A stretch of DNA of 64,000 nt from Eubacteriales bacterium (GTDB taxonomy: Bacteria > Bacillota > Clostridia > Oscillospirales > CAG-272). Position numbers and translations under genes: made by a program. Shown in pieces: positions 46,188 through 55,251 of this stretch (its first letter is position 1; each line of letters begins with the position of its first letter). The DNA lies in the NCBI GenBank assembly GCA_045651985.1, contig JAZRTK010000026.1, forward strand, positions 173,102 through 237,101, written 5' to 3'. The notes below the pieces were generated by a model that did not search any database, was not told where the DNA came from, and worked only from the letters and a program-made list of their open reading frames with translations.

Positions 46188-46272
46188 CCAATACTAAAAC
46201 AAAAAACGATGGCTCAACGCCATCGTTTTTTTTTAGTTTGGGGGCGTACGCCCCATTTTTAAAGGGGCTTGG
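46188..46272 (-). repeat. Two-hairpin 3'-end cassette, copy E
   Basis: Minus strand: CCAAGCCCCTTTAAAAATGGGGCGTACGCCCCCAAACTAAAA..AAAAACGATGGC-GTTGA-GCCATCGTTTTTTGTTTTAG. Contains the ntpD stop codon. Confidence 0.9.
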
Positions 46273-46909
46273 TCTGAATCTGTGCCTTCACCATCATATC
46301 CTTGACCTTCATCAGTCGGGTCAGGTTTCCGCGCTCGTTTTCCTCAAGCTTCATCTTTATGGACTTGATTCCTGCTACGTAGCGGGGGATCATGATGTGC
46401 TCAAGAGCATTTACGCGGCGTCTGGTCTGCTCGATCTCCTGTGCCATGAGCTGTGCGGTCTTTTCAAGCTCCGCCAGCCTTACCATGTCCTCAAGTACCT
46501 CGCCCAGCGCTCCGATCGCGCCGTCAAGCTCTGCCGTAGTGAATGCGAGACCGTAATTTATACTGTCTCCCGACTCTCTCACGTCAAGCTTGAACTCGGG
46601 CACCATAACGCTCATCACGTTCTTCTGTGCGACCTCAACGCTTCCCTCTCTGCGGGGCAGAATAAGTGCGCTTTTAAGCATCTTCGGGGAAGAAACAGCC
46701 GCCGCCACCGAAAAATCGGCATAATATTCAGATAATTTTCTCTCAACTCGCTCGCGCAAAATCTTGTCCTGACGGACAATGTCAAGAAACTGTCTCATAA
46801 GCTCGTCGCGCTTGTCCTTGAGCAATTTATGACCTCTGTGCGAGGTGAGCAGTCTCGTTTGAAGCTTTTTCAGCTCCATCCGAGTGGGATTCACACGAAT
46901 CTCAGCCAT
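46259..46909 (-). CDS. ntpD: V-type ATP synthase subunit D
   Basis: 216 aa; N-terminus MAEIRVNPTRMELKKL is typical of this subunit. Confidence 0.9.
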   Translation of the reverse strand: MAEIRVNPTRMELKKLQTRLLTSHRGHKLLKDKRDELMRQFLDIVRQDKILRERVERKLSEYYADFSVAAAVSSPKMLKSALILPRREGSVEVAQKNVMSVMVPEFKLDVRESGDSINYGLAFTTAELDGAIGALGEVLEDMVRLAELEKTAQLMAQEIEQTRRRVNALEHIMIPRYVAGIKSIKMKLEENERGNLTRLMKVKDMMVKAQIQTKPL

Positions 46910-46935
46910 TTTCTTTTCCTCCGTGGTGGTGACCC

Positions 46936-48309
46936 TTATTTACCCTGCCAATATTTTTCTACAAGCTCGGGCTTGATACGCTTCATTTCGGACTTTGGAA
47001 GCATTGAAAGAAGCTTCCAGCCAAGATCGAGAGTTTCCTCGATGGTGCGGTTCTCATAGAAGCCCTGATTGATGTACTCGGCTTCAAATGCGTCCGCAAA
47101 CTGCGCGTAAAGTCGGTCAACGGGCGACAGAGCCGCCTCGCCAAGAACCACCATAAGCTCTTTTGCTTCCTTTCCTCTTGCGTAAGAGGAGAAAAGCTGG
47201 TTCAGAGTGCCCGAATGGTCCTCTCTTGTCTTGCCCTCGCCGATACCCTTGTCCTTCAAACGGGACAGAGAGGGAAGAACGTCAACGGGAGGCATATAGC
47301 CCTTGCGGTACATCTCACGGGAAAGAATGATCTGTCCCTCGGTTATATAACCCGTAAGGTCGGGAATGGGGTGGGTCTTGTCGTCCTCGGGCATGGTCAG
47401 GATCGGGATCATGGTGATAGAGCCCTCGCTTCCCGCTTTTCTGCCCGCACGCTCGTACATGGTAGCCAAGTCGGTGTAGAGGTAACCGGGATATCCGCGT
47501 CTGCCGGGAACTTCCTTTCTTGCTGCCGAAACCTCACGCAAAGCCTCTGCGTAGTTGGTAATATCGGTCATAATGACAAGCACGTGCATATCGCACTCAA
47601 AAGCCAGATATTCAGCCGCCGTCAGCGCCATACGGGGCGTGGATATACGCTCAATGGCGGGGTCGGAAGCAAGGTTGACAAAGAGGACGGTACGGTCGAT
47701 AGCGCCCGTCTTTTTAAAGTCGGAAATGAAGAAGTCCGCTTCCTCAAAGGTGATACCGATAGCCGCGAAAACAACGGCGAACTTACCGTCGGTACCTCTT
47801 ACCTTCGCCTGTCTTGCGATTTGCGCCGCAAGGTTGGCGTGGGGCATACCCGAGCCCGAGAAAATAGGAAGCTTCTGTCCGCGAACCAGGGTGTTCAGAC
47901 CGTCGATTGTGGAAATACCCGTCTGAATGAACTCGGAGGGGTAGATTCTTGCGGCGGGATTGATAGGAGTGCCGTTGATGTCGAGCTTTTTGTCAGCGAT
48001 GATCTTTGCGCCGCCATCGATAGGCTCGCCCATGCCGCTGAAAACTCGTCCCAGCATATTTGGGGATACGGGGAGCTGAACGCCGTGACCCGTAAAGCGC
48101 ACCTTACTTTCCGCCAAATTCAAGCCCGCCGAGCTTTCGAAAAGCTGCACGAGAACGTCCCGTCCGTTTACCTCAAGGACTCTGCAACGGCGCACGTCGC
48201 CGTTTGGAAGCCGGATCTCTCCCAGCTCGTCGTATTTTACGCCGTCCACCTGACGCACGAGCATCAAAGGACCGGCAACTTCTTCGATAGTTTTATATTC
48301 TCTTATCAT
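46936..48309 (-). CDS. ntpB: V-type ATP synthase subunit B
   Basis: 457 aa, highly conserved B-subunit sequence. Confidence 0.95.
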   Translation of the reverse strand: MIREYKTIEEVAGPLMLVRQVDGVKYDELGEIRLPNGDVRRCRVLEVNGRDVLVQLFESSAGLNLAESKVRFTGHGVQLPVSPNMLGRVFSGMGEPIDGGAKIIADKKLDINGTPINPAARIYPSEFIQTGISTIDGLNTLVRGQKLPIFSGSGMPHANLAAQIARQAKVRGTDGKFAVVFAAIGITFEEADFFISDFKKTGAIDRTVLFVNLASDPAIERISTPRMALTAAEYLAFECDMHVLVIMTDITNYAEALREVSAARKEVPGRRGYPGYLYTDLATMYERAGRKAGSEGSITMIPILTMPEDDKTHPIPDLTGYITEGQIILSREMYRKGYMPPVDVLPSLSRLKDKGIGEGKTREDHSGTLNQLFSSYARGKEAKELMVVLGEAALSPVDRLYAQFADAFEAEYINQGFYENRTIEETLDLGWKLLSMLPKSEMKRIKPELVEKYWQGK

Positions 48310-48323
48310 GTTCCGTCCTCCTT

Positions 48324-50102
48324 TTATGCTTCATTTGCGCGTCTCACAGCTTCGTCCAACTGCTGTGTGATCTCGGTCTCTATCTTCTTGAATTCTTCCT
48401 TGAAAATGGCGGCGGGAACGGATTTTGCGCGTCCGATCTTCTCGCGGACGGGAAGAGATGCGATGTCGTTTATGTCCGCGCCTGCTGCAATTGCCTCCTT
48501 TGCCTTGTCCTCGAATACGAAGACCAGACGGAGCAGCTCATACTGCTTGTCAAGAGGAGTGTAGCCGTCCACGTCGTCAAAGGCGAACTGTTGCAAGAAG
48601 TCTTCGCGCACGGAGCGCGCGACCTCAAGCGTCAGTCTGTCCTCGGGGGACAGGGCATCGAGACCGACAAGCTTTACGATCTCCTCAAGCTCGTTTTCTA
48701 CCTGCAGTATCTTCAAGCTTCTGCCTGTCAAGGCCATCCATTCGTCCGAAACGTTTTGAGCAAACCAATTGTCAAGTCTGTCGCGGTAAAGCGAATAGGA
48801 GTTGAGCCAGTTGATGGCGGGGAAGTGACGTCGGTATGCCAGGGAGGAATCAAGTCCCCAGAATACTTTTACTATACGGAGTGTCGCCTGAGTTACGGGC
48901 TCTGAGATATCACCGCCCTGAGGGGAAACGGCGCCGATAGCGGAAAGAGTTCCGATACGGCTGTCATCACCCAGACAAACGACTTTACCCGCACGTTCGT
49001 AGAACTGGGCCAAGCGAGACGTAAGATAAGCGGGGTAGCCCTCCTCACCGGGCATTTCCTCAAGTCTTCCCGACATCTCTCGCAGAGCCTCTGCCCAACG
49101 GGAGGTGGAGTCGGCAATAACGGCTACGCTGTAGCCCATGTCGCGGTAGTACTCCGCGATAGTGATACCCGTGTAAATGGACGCCTCGCGAGCCGCAACG
49201 GGCATATCCGAGGTGTTTGCGATAAGAACAGTCCTGTCCATTAAGGACTTGCCCGTTCTTGGGTCGGTCAGCTCGGGGAACTCGCGCAAAACGTCGGTCA
49301 TCTCGTTTCCGCGCTCGCCGCAACCGATGTAAACAACAAGGTCAACGTCGCTCCACTTTGCAAGCTGGTGCTGAACTACCGTCTTTCCGCTTCCAAAAGG
49401 TCCGGGAACGCAGGCAGTACCGCCCTTTGCGATGGGGAATAGCGCGTCAATAGAACGCTGACCCGTTATCATAGGCTCAACAGGGGGCAGCTTTTCTTTA
49501 TAGGGACGGGAAACACGAACGGGCCACTTCTGAATAAGTGTGAGAGGCTCAACGTCGCCGCCGTCCAGCTTTATTTTACCAATAGAATCGGTAACTCTGA
49601 ATTTTCCGCTTGAAATGGTCACAAGTATTCCGCTCTTTCCCGGAGGGACCATGATCTTGTGACGGATAACGTCGGTCTCCTGAACATAGCCCAGAACGTC
49701 ACCCTCGTAAACGCGCTCGCCCGCGCCCTTTGCGGGCTCGAACTCCCACATACGCTCGCGGTCAAGAGCGGGTTCGTCAATACCCTTTGCGATATTGGAG
49801 CCAAACTTGGCGCACAGCGTCTCCAGAGGACGCTGAATGCCGTCGTAAATGTTCTTTATGAGACCGGGACCCAGCTCTACAGAAAGGGGCGCGCCCGTGG
49901 AGACGACCTCGTCTCCTCTTCCAAGACCTGCCGTTTCCTCGTAGACCTGGATAGACGCGCGGTCGCCGTGTATCTCAATGATCTCGCCGATCAGCTTTTT
50001 CTCGCCGACTCTTACGACGTCGAACATATTGGCCTCTCTCATGCCCTCGGCAATGACCAGAGGACCCGAGACCTTAAGTATCTTTCCTGTTACATTTTCC
50101 AT
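48324..50102 (-). CDS. ntpA: V-type ATP synthase catalytic subunit A
   Basis: 592 aa; P-loop GPFGSGKT. Confidence 0.95.
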   Translation of the reverse strand: MENVTGKILKVSGPLVIAEGMREANMFDVVRVGEKKLIGEIIEIHGDRASIQVYEETAGLGRGDEVVSTGAPLSVELGPGLIKNIYDGIQRPLETLCAKFGSNIAKGIDEPALDRERMWEFEPAKGAGERVYEGDVLGYVQETDVIRHKIMVPPGKSGILVTISSGKFRVTDSIGKIKLDGGDVEPLTLIQKWPVRVSRPYKEKLPPVEPMITGQRSIDALFPIAKGGTACVPGPFGSGKTVVQHQLAKWSDVDLVVYIGCGERGNEMTDVLREFPELTDPRTGKSLMDRTVLIANTSDMPVAAREASIYTGITIAEYYRDMGYSVAVIADSTSRWAEALREMSGRLEEMPGEEGYPAYLTSRLAQFYERAGKVVCLGDDSRIGTLSAIGAVSPQGGDISEPVTQATLRIVKVFWGLDSSLAYRRHFPAINWLNSYSLYRDRLDNWFAQNVSDEWMALTGRSLKILQVENELEEIVKLVGLDALSPEDRLTLEVARSVREDFLQQFAFDDVDGYTPLDKQYELLRLVFVFEDKAKEAIAAGADINDIASLPVREKIGRAKSVPAAIFKEEFKKIETEITQQLDEAVRRANEA

Positions 50103-50140
50103 TTGGAAAATCTCCTTAATTTCAACGTTATACAGTGTTT

Positions 50141-50458
50141 TTAATCAAACAGTACGTTTGACCCCGTGGCACGCAAAGCGGCGTTCTTGAGGTTCGCCAT
50201 TCCGTAGCCCGTGCTGCCCTGACGGCCCGGGATAGGTACTACTGCCGGGGTCAGCTTGTCCTTGTATTTTGCAATATCTTCTTCGATGCTATGGGCGATG
50301 TCTTCGGTTACAAATATAACACCTACGTCCCCTGCACGCGCAAGAGCGTGGAGAGCGGACGCCGCCTCCTCGGGCGATGATACCGCGCGAGCCGCAAATC
50401 CCAGCGCCATATACCCGAGCACGCTGTCGCGGTCGCCTATAACTGCTATCTTATACAT
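50141..50458 (-). CDS. V-type ATP synthase subunit F
   Basis: 105 aa; [16 protein letters not shown] is typical of this subunit. Confidence 0.85.
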   Translation of the reverse strand: MYKIAVIGDRDSVLGYMALGFAARAVSSPEEAASALHALARAGDVGVIFVTEDIAHSIEEDIAKYKDKLTPAVVPIPGRQGSTGYGMANLKNAALRATGSNVLFD

Positions 50459-51461
50459 AGCTGCCCCTCACTCTCTGTGCTATCTTTTCGGGTGTAAGCC
50501 CCGCCGCCTTTGCCGCCAGGATTATGCGGATATTTTTGATCTCGTATTCAAGCCCGCACAAAAACGCAAGTACGATCGGGATACCGAAGGGGATATACTT
50601 TGACTGACGCAACTTTTCTTCTATCAGGCTGTCGCAAAGATTTTCAAGATCTTCGACGTCCGACGTCAATGCTTCGAAAATGCGGGGGTATTTTTCTCTT
50701 GCAAGCTCTGCCACGCGGTCTATAGTCATGCCGTCCTCGGTGTCGGTAAGAGCACGGAGCGCTTGAGTTTCGATATAGCCGCCGTCGATGACCGCGTCAT
50801 AAAGCAGTGCTTTGGCCGAATCTCCGTTCATGTTGATGATTCGGAATATCATCATAAGATTGGTCATGTCGATCTTTGTTTTCACGAAATCCACGGCGAA
50901 AGCGTCGCCCGTTCTTTCTGCCGCTTCAAGCATATCGGCAAAGCATGCACGGTCAAGGGGAAGATCGATCTTAAGCGGGTCGCAGGTGACAGCATAGTCG
51001 GTCTTTGCCTTCTCTGATGCCGCCGCAAGGTTTTGTGGTAAGAGGGAAAAGTCCCCTTGCTCCACCATCTCACCGTACCGCTCCGCAGGAACGCTTCCCA
51101 CATCGAAAAGCAGGTCGGAGAAATCTATTCCGTGAGGAATACACCGCAGAGCCGCCTTTATATTGGCGCAATCGTAGGTAATGCGGACGATGGGGGTTAT
51201 GAGCTTTCCGCCCTCGTCGGCTTCAACCGTATCAAGTGCGTCCTTCAGCCTTTTCATCAGCGGAGTGTCAAGGCTGTCGGGGTTCAACGACTGCGAAACG
51301 GACGGCAAAACGCCACCTTCAACGGCAAGTGCCGCCGCGCTTTCCCTGTCCTGCGCTCCGATCATGCGCCCGATCAATTCTCTACCCGGCATTGTTGCTT
51401 CAATGGCGCGAATTCGGGCGGAGATATACATATATTCGGTTGATCTGTCCTTTATACTCAT
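50451..51461 (-). CDS. ntpC: V-type ATP synthase subunit C (V0 d-like)
   Basis: 336 aa; operon position, and an 8-nt overlap with the F gene. Confidence 0.8.
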   Translation of the reverse strand: MSIKDRSTEYMYISARIRAIEATMPGRELIGRMIGAQDRESAAALAVEGGVLPSVSQSLNPDSLDTPLMKRLKDALDTVEADEGGKLITPIVRITYDCANIKAALRCIPHGIDFSDLLFDVGSVPAERYGEMVEQGDFSLLPQNLAAASEKAKTDYAVTCDPLKIDLPLDRACFADMLEAAERTGDAFAVDFVKTKIDMTNLMMIFRIINMNGDSAKALLYDAVIDGGYIETQALRALTDTEDGMTIDRVAELAREKYPRIFEALTSDVEDLENLCDSLIEEKLRQSKYIPFGIPIVLAFLCGLEYEIKNIRIILAAKAAGLTPEKIAQRVRGSYV

Positions 51462-51500
51462 CTTTTACAACTTTCTTTCAGATTTTGAGGGGTGTCAAAA

Positions 51501-52163
51501 TTATCCGAACAGGATCTTTGCCACGTCCCCTTCAAGTCTTTCCTTTGCGGAATCGATCAGAGCTCCCACCGAGCAGTTGATATCAAGATCGCCTATGCGG
51601 ACTATCATTCCGCCGTCGATCCTGGCCGCATCTACCGAAACGCCTGTACGACCAAGAAGCTCCGATACGGGCTTGCCGGCCGCCAATTTCTTTGCCACAG
51701 GAATAATTTGTGCGCCGACCCTTGCGATATCCTCCTGTGCCAGAAGAATGTCGATGGGTTCTTGACGGCTTTCCTCGCCGTAAAGGGCGAAATTGGTCTT
51801 CTCAATCTCGATCTGCGTGTTCAGCGCGGACACAAGCAGCTTTGCCAGAAATTCGGCATATTGCTCTGTGGGAAGCGAAAGAATTTCCTTTCTTGCCGTC
51901 TCGAAAGCCAAGTCGGTGGCGTGGCTCTTTGCTTGAGCTATAATGTTCCGTTTTTCCAGCGCGGCGCCCGATTTGGCTCTTGAAATGATGCTCTCGGCTT
52001 CACGGTGGGCGGCAACGTCAAGCTCCGCTTTAATATTGTCCGCATCCCCGCTTGCGCGCAAAAATATCTCGTTGCACTTTTTCTGTGCGTCCTCGATGAT
52101 TTTCGTCGCGTCCAGCTTGGCTTCGGCTATGATTTTGTCTTTTATTTTATCAAGACCGGTCAT
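51501..52163 (-). CDS. ntpE: V-type ATP synthase subunit E
   Basis: 220 aa, coiled-coil N-terminus; operon position. Confidence 0.8.
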   Translation of the reverse strand: MTGLDKIKDKIIAEAKLDATKIIEDAQKKCNEIFLRASGDADNIKAELDVAAHREAESIISRAKSGAALEKRNIIAQAKSHATDLAFETARKEILSLPTEQYAEFLAKLLVSALNTQIEIEKTNFALYGEESRQEPIDILLAQEDIARVGAQIIPVAKKLAAGKPVSELLGRTGVSVDAARIDGGMIVRIGDLDINCSVGALIDSAKERLEGDVAKILFG

Positions 52164-52189
52164 TTATTGAATCTCCGTTACGTTTCAGA

Positions 52190-52684
<495 letters not shown>

Positions 52685-54610
52685 TTATTTGTCTGTTGTA
52701 TATTTGTCCGAGGGTTTTAGGGGTGCGAAGGGCACGCCGCCGTCCTCAAAAAACTTACTGAAAAATTCGATATACTGAAGTCTGCTGGTGTGAACGAAGG
52801 TGCCCAGCACGTTTATGGCGAGATTGAGCAGATGTCCGACCGTGAAGATGAGGATCATCGTAATAAATCCTATCACGCTTGGACCACCCATTGTGCTCAT
52901 GGTGTTTACCACCTGACCGATAACGCTCGCCGCCAAGCCGAGCGCCAATATTCTGGAATATGATAGCAGGTCGGCGGCATAATTTATTGTGCCGTAGAGA
53001 CTGCCAACACCTTTGAATATTTTCATAAAGATTGATTTTTCACGTCGTCCCTGGGTGACAATAAGGGAAAGGGCACCGCAAAGCGCTACGTATTTGCCCC
53101 AAGGGAAGAAGAACATAAGTCCCAGTCCCGCAAAGAAGAGCCACCAGGTGGGAATGTCGCAAACGGCATCGAACCATTGACCTTTTTTGCAGAGCGCGTA
53201 GAACTGCACCGCCATACCCGCCGCCATGTGGACCGCGCCCGTACCAAGCGATATTATGAGAAATCCCATGGGGTCTTGAATTGGATCGAGTATTACCGCG
53301 AGATTGACGTTTGTCGTCGCTCCCTCAATTCCCATCATGTTTTCCATAAACGCCTGCGGAATGTTTCCGAAGTATGCGCCGAACAGTATGCCTCCTATAA
53401 TACAGAAGATCCCGCAGTATCCGAACATGGCGAGGAAGTTTCTCATACCCTCTCTCGGATTGAGCAACAAAATTCCGCCAAAGCACGCCACCGCAAGTAT
53501 CGCTCCGTATCCAACGTCCGCGAACATGAGACCGAAGATTATGACGTAGAAAAGACTCATTATTGCCGTGGGGTCATAGGTGCCGTATTTGGGGTAGGCG
53601 TACATTCCCATTACCCACTCAAAGCTTCGGGAGATAGGGTTGTTTTTTAGCAATACGGGGGGCTCGTCTCCTTCTTCGGGCTCGGACATCTCGTAGGCGC
53701 ACTCAAATTTCGAAAGGACCCTTTCAACCGCTTCCTGTCTCTGCTCGGGCACCCAGCCGCAAAGCACCGTGCAGTTTTCCGTACCGAAAAGCTGCATTTT
53801 CGCTTCGGCTTGACGCGCGTTTGTGACGAGCAGGTCGTAGTAACATTCCATAAGATCGGTGTTCTCCGCGATCTTTTTCAGCCTGTCGTCGATTTTTTCG
53901 CCGCGGATTTCTGTCTCGCGGAGCTTTTCTTTTGTTTTTGCTATGGCTTCTTTTGCCGTGCCCGCGTCCTCGAAGATCGCCTTGACAAATCCAAGCTTTG
54001 TTAGCCCTCGCATGACCTCGGGCTCGTTTTGGCGAAGATAAGTGACCGACAAAAGACAGGTTGTTTGAGTGTTGTTTATTATCTCGGCATACCCGCCCTG
54101 CTCTGCGATCTCGCCGTCTATCTTTGACAGCTCCGTTCCGCCCGGCAGGGAGCCAAGTATGACATCGGTCCTCTCGGTACCCGCAAATCCAAGCTCAAGA
54201 TCGTAGTCCCGCCAAGCCACAAGGGAAGCAAGCTTAGTCTGCCATGCCGCCGTATCCGTTATGCACTTTGACCGCTCATTTTCAAGCGAGAGGGTCTCGT
54301 TTACAAGCTCCTCTGCCTGCTTATTGCTTGAGTTTTTGCCGAAGGCGTCAAGGTCGAGGGGTATGGGCTTTGCGCCAAGGCCCTTTTTCTTTCCGTATTT
54401 TCGCAACGCGGAAAGTGCCCAATCAGCAGCTTGAATTTTTCTTTCAAGCTCTGCCCTTTTGCCCTGCAGGTCGGAAAACACGGGGGAAAGCTCCCATTCG
54501 TCCTCCTGCCGCAGCTCAACGGCTCGCAGCCGCATCAGCCTTGACAGAAGCGCGTCCGTATCCCGTTTGTGAGCCAGGACAGTCAGCTTTTTCATTTTAC
54601 AAACCGACAT
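52685..54610 (-). CDS. ntpI: V-type ATP synthase subunit I (a-subunit)
   Basis: 641 aa; conserved stator Arg context SYSRILALGLA. Confidence 0.9.
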   Translation of the reverse strand: MSVCKMKKLTVLAHKRDTDALLSRLMRLRAVELRQEDEWELSPVFSDLQGKRAELERKIQAADWALSALRKYGKKKGLGAKPIPLDLDAFGKNSSNKQAEELVNETLSLENERSKCITDTAAWQTKLASLVAWRDYDLELGFAGTERTDVILGSLPGGTELSKIDGEIAEQGGYAEIINNTQTTCLLSVTYLRQNEPEVMRGLTKLGFVKAIFEDAGTAKEAIAKTKEKLRETEIRGEKIDDRLKKIAENTDLMECYYDLLVTNARQAEAKMQLFGTENCTVLCGWVPEQRQEAVERVLSKFECAYEMSEPEEGDEPPVLLKNNPISRSFEWVMGMYAYPKYGTYDPTAIMSLFYVIIFGLMFADVGYGAILAVACFGGILLLNPREGMRNFLAMFGYCGIFCIIGGILFGAYFGNIPQAFMENMMGIEGATTNVNLAVILDPIQDPMGFLIISLGTGAVHMAAGMAVQFYALCKKGQWFDAVCDIPTWWLFFAGLGLMFFFPWGKYVALCGALSLIVTQGRREKSIFMKIFKGVGSLYGTINYAADLLSYSRILALGLAASVIGQVVNTMSTMGGPSVIGFITMILIFTVGHLLNLAINVLGTFVHTSRLQYIEFFSKFFEDGGVPFAPLKPSDKYTTDK

Positions 54611-54631
54611 TTTTATCCGTGCCTTTCTTTT

Positions 54632-54946
54632 TTAGATATCGGTAATGTCCGAAATTATAAGAGAGACGGCTTCCTTCATGTTTTCCAGTGCCGTCTGGGA
54701 GATGACTTGCGCGTCGTCCTTTGCCGCCGAGCGGTTTTTCTCGGTCAGGTCCTCGGACTTTTTGCGCATTGCCGAAAGATCGCTTGCAAGCGCCTTTTGT
54801 GCGTCGTCTTTTACGTTTGAACGAAGCTCGTCTGCCTGTGCTTCCGCTTCGGCTATCATACTTCTTGCCTTGCTTACGGCGTCAAGACGGATCTGCTCTG
54901 CCATATCTTCCGTTTCCTTTATCTGGCGGATCGCTTCTTTTGACAT
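54632..54946 (-). CDS. V-type ATPase peripheral-stalk subunit (G/H-like), first gene of the operon
   Basis: 104 aa, charged coiled-coil protein; operon position. Confidence 0.55.
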   Translation of the reverse strand: MSKEAIRQIKETEDMAEQIRLDAVSKARSMIAEAEAQADELRSNVKDDAQKALASDLSAMRKKSEDLTEKNRSAAKDDAQVISQTALENMKEAVSLIISDITDI

Positions 54947-54994
54947 TTTACGCCTCCTTATATTGAGGTATATAAATTATAACCACTATGTTTT

Positions 54995-55023
54995 ATTCTA
55001 CCACATTTTGCTTATGTTTGCAA
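54995..55023 (-). promoter_or_regulatory. V-ATPase operon promoter
   Basis: TTGCAA-17 nt-TAGAAT with TGgTAGAAT. Confidence 0.55.
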
Positions 55024-55037
55024 GCGGTTTTGACTTA

Positions 55038-55095
55038 TTTTTTGACTATTTTTTCTTATTTTTTCTACATTTTTAGCATTTTTGTGTATATTTTT
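55038..55095. other. Six helically phased T5-6 tracts (predicted curved DNA) upstream of the V-ATPase promoter
   Basis: T-runs start at 55038, 55049, 55059, 55070, 55079 and 55091; the mean spacing is about 10.6 bp. Confidence 0.7.
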
Positions 55096-55251
55096 CACAA
55101 GTCAAAAAATTAACGATTTATTGTGGTAATTCTACCCTCCGTTAATCTTGAGTTGATGTTTTCGGAGTATAATGATTGAGTATAATGGGAAGTTTGCCCC
55201 AAACCTTGCTGTTAAAGTGACGGCAAGAAAATTTATGAAAGTGAGATAATT

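Noticed and set aside
47215-48564. 449-aa ORF antisense to ntpB/ntpA
   Set aside because: It spans the junction of two conserved V-ATPase genes on the other strand and has no independent signals.
55165-55187. Direct repeat GAGTATAATG x2, 13 nt apart, upstream of the ABC transporter gene, considered as tandem -10 boxes
   Set aside because: Neither copy has a -35-like hexamer at 16-18 nt spacing (the spacings found were 9, 14 and 22 nt). No promoter call is made.
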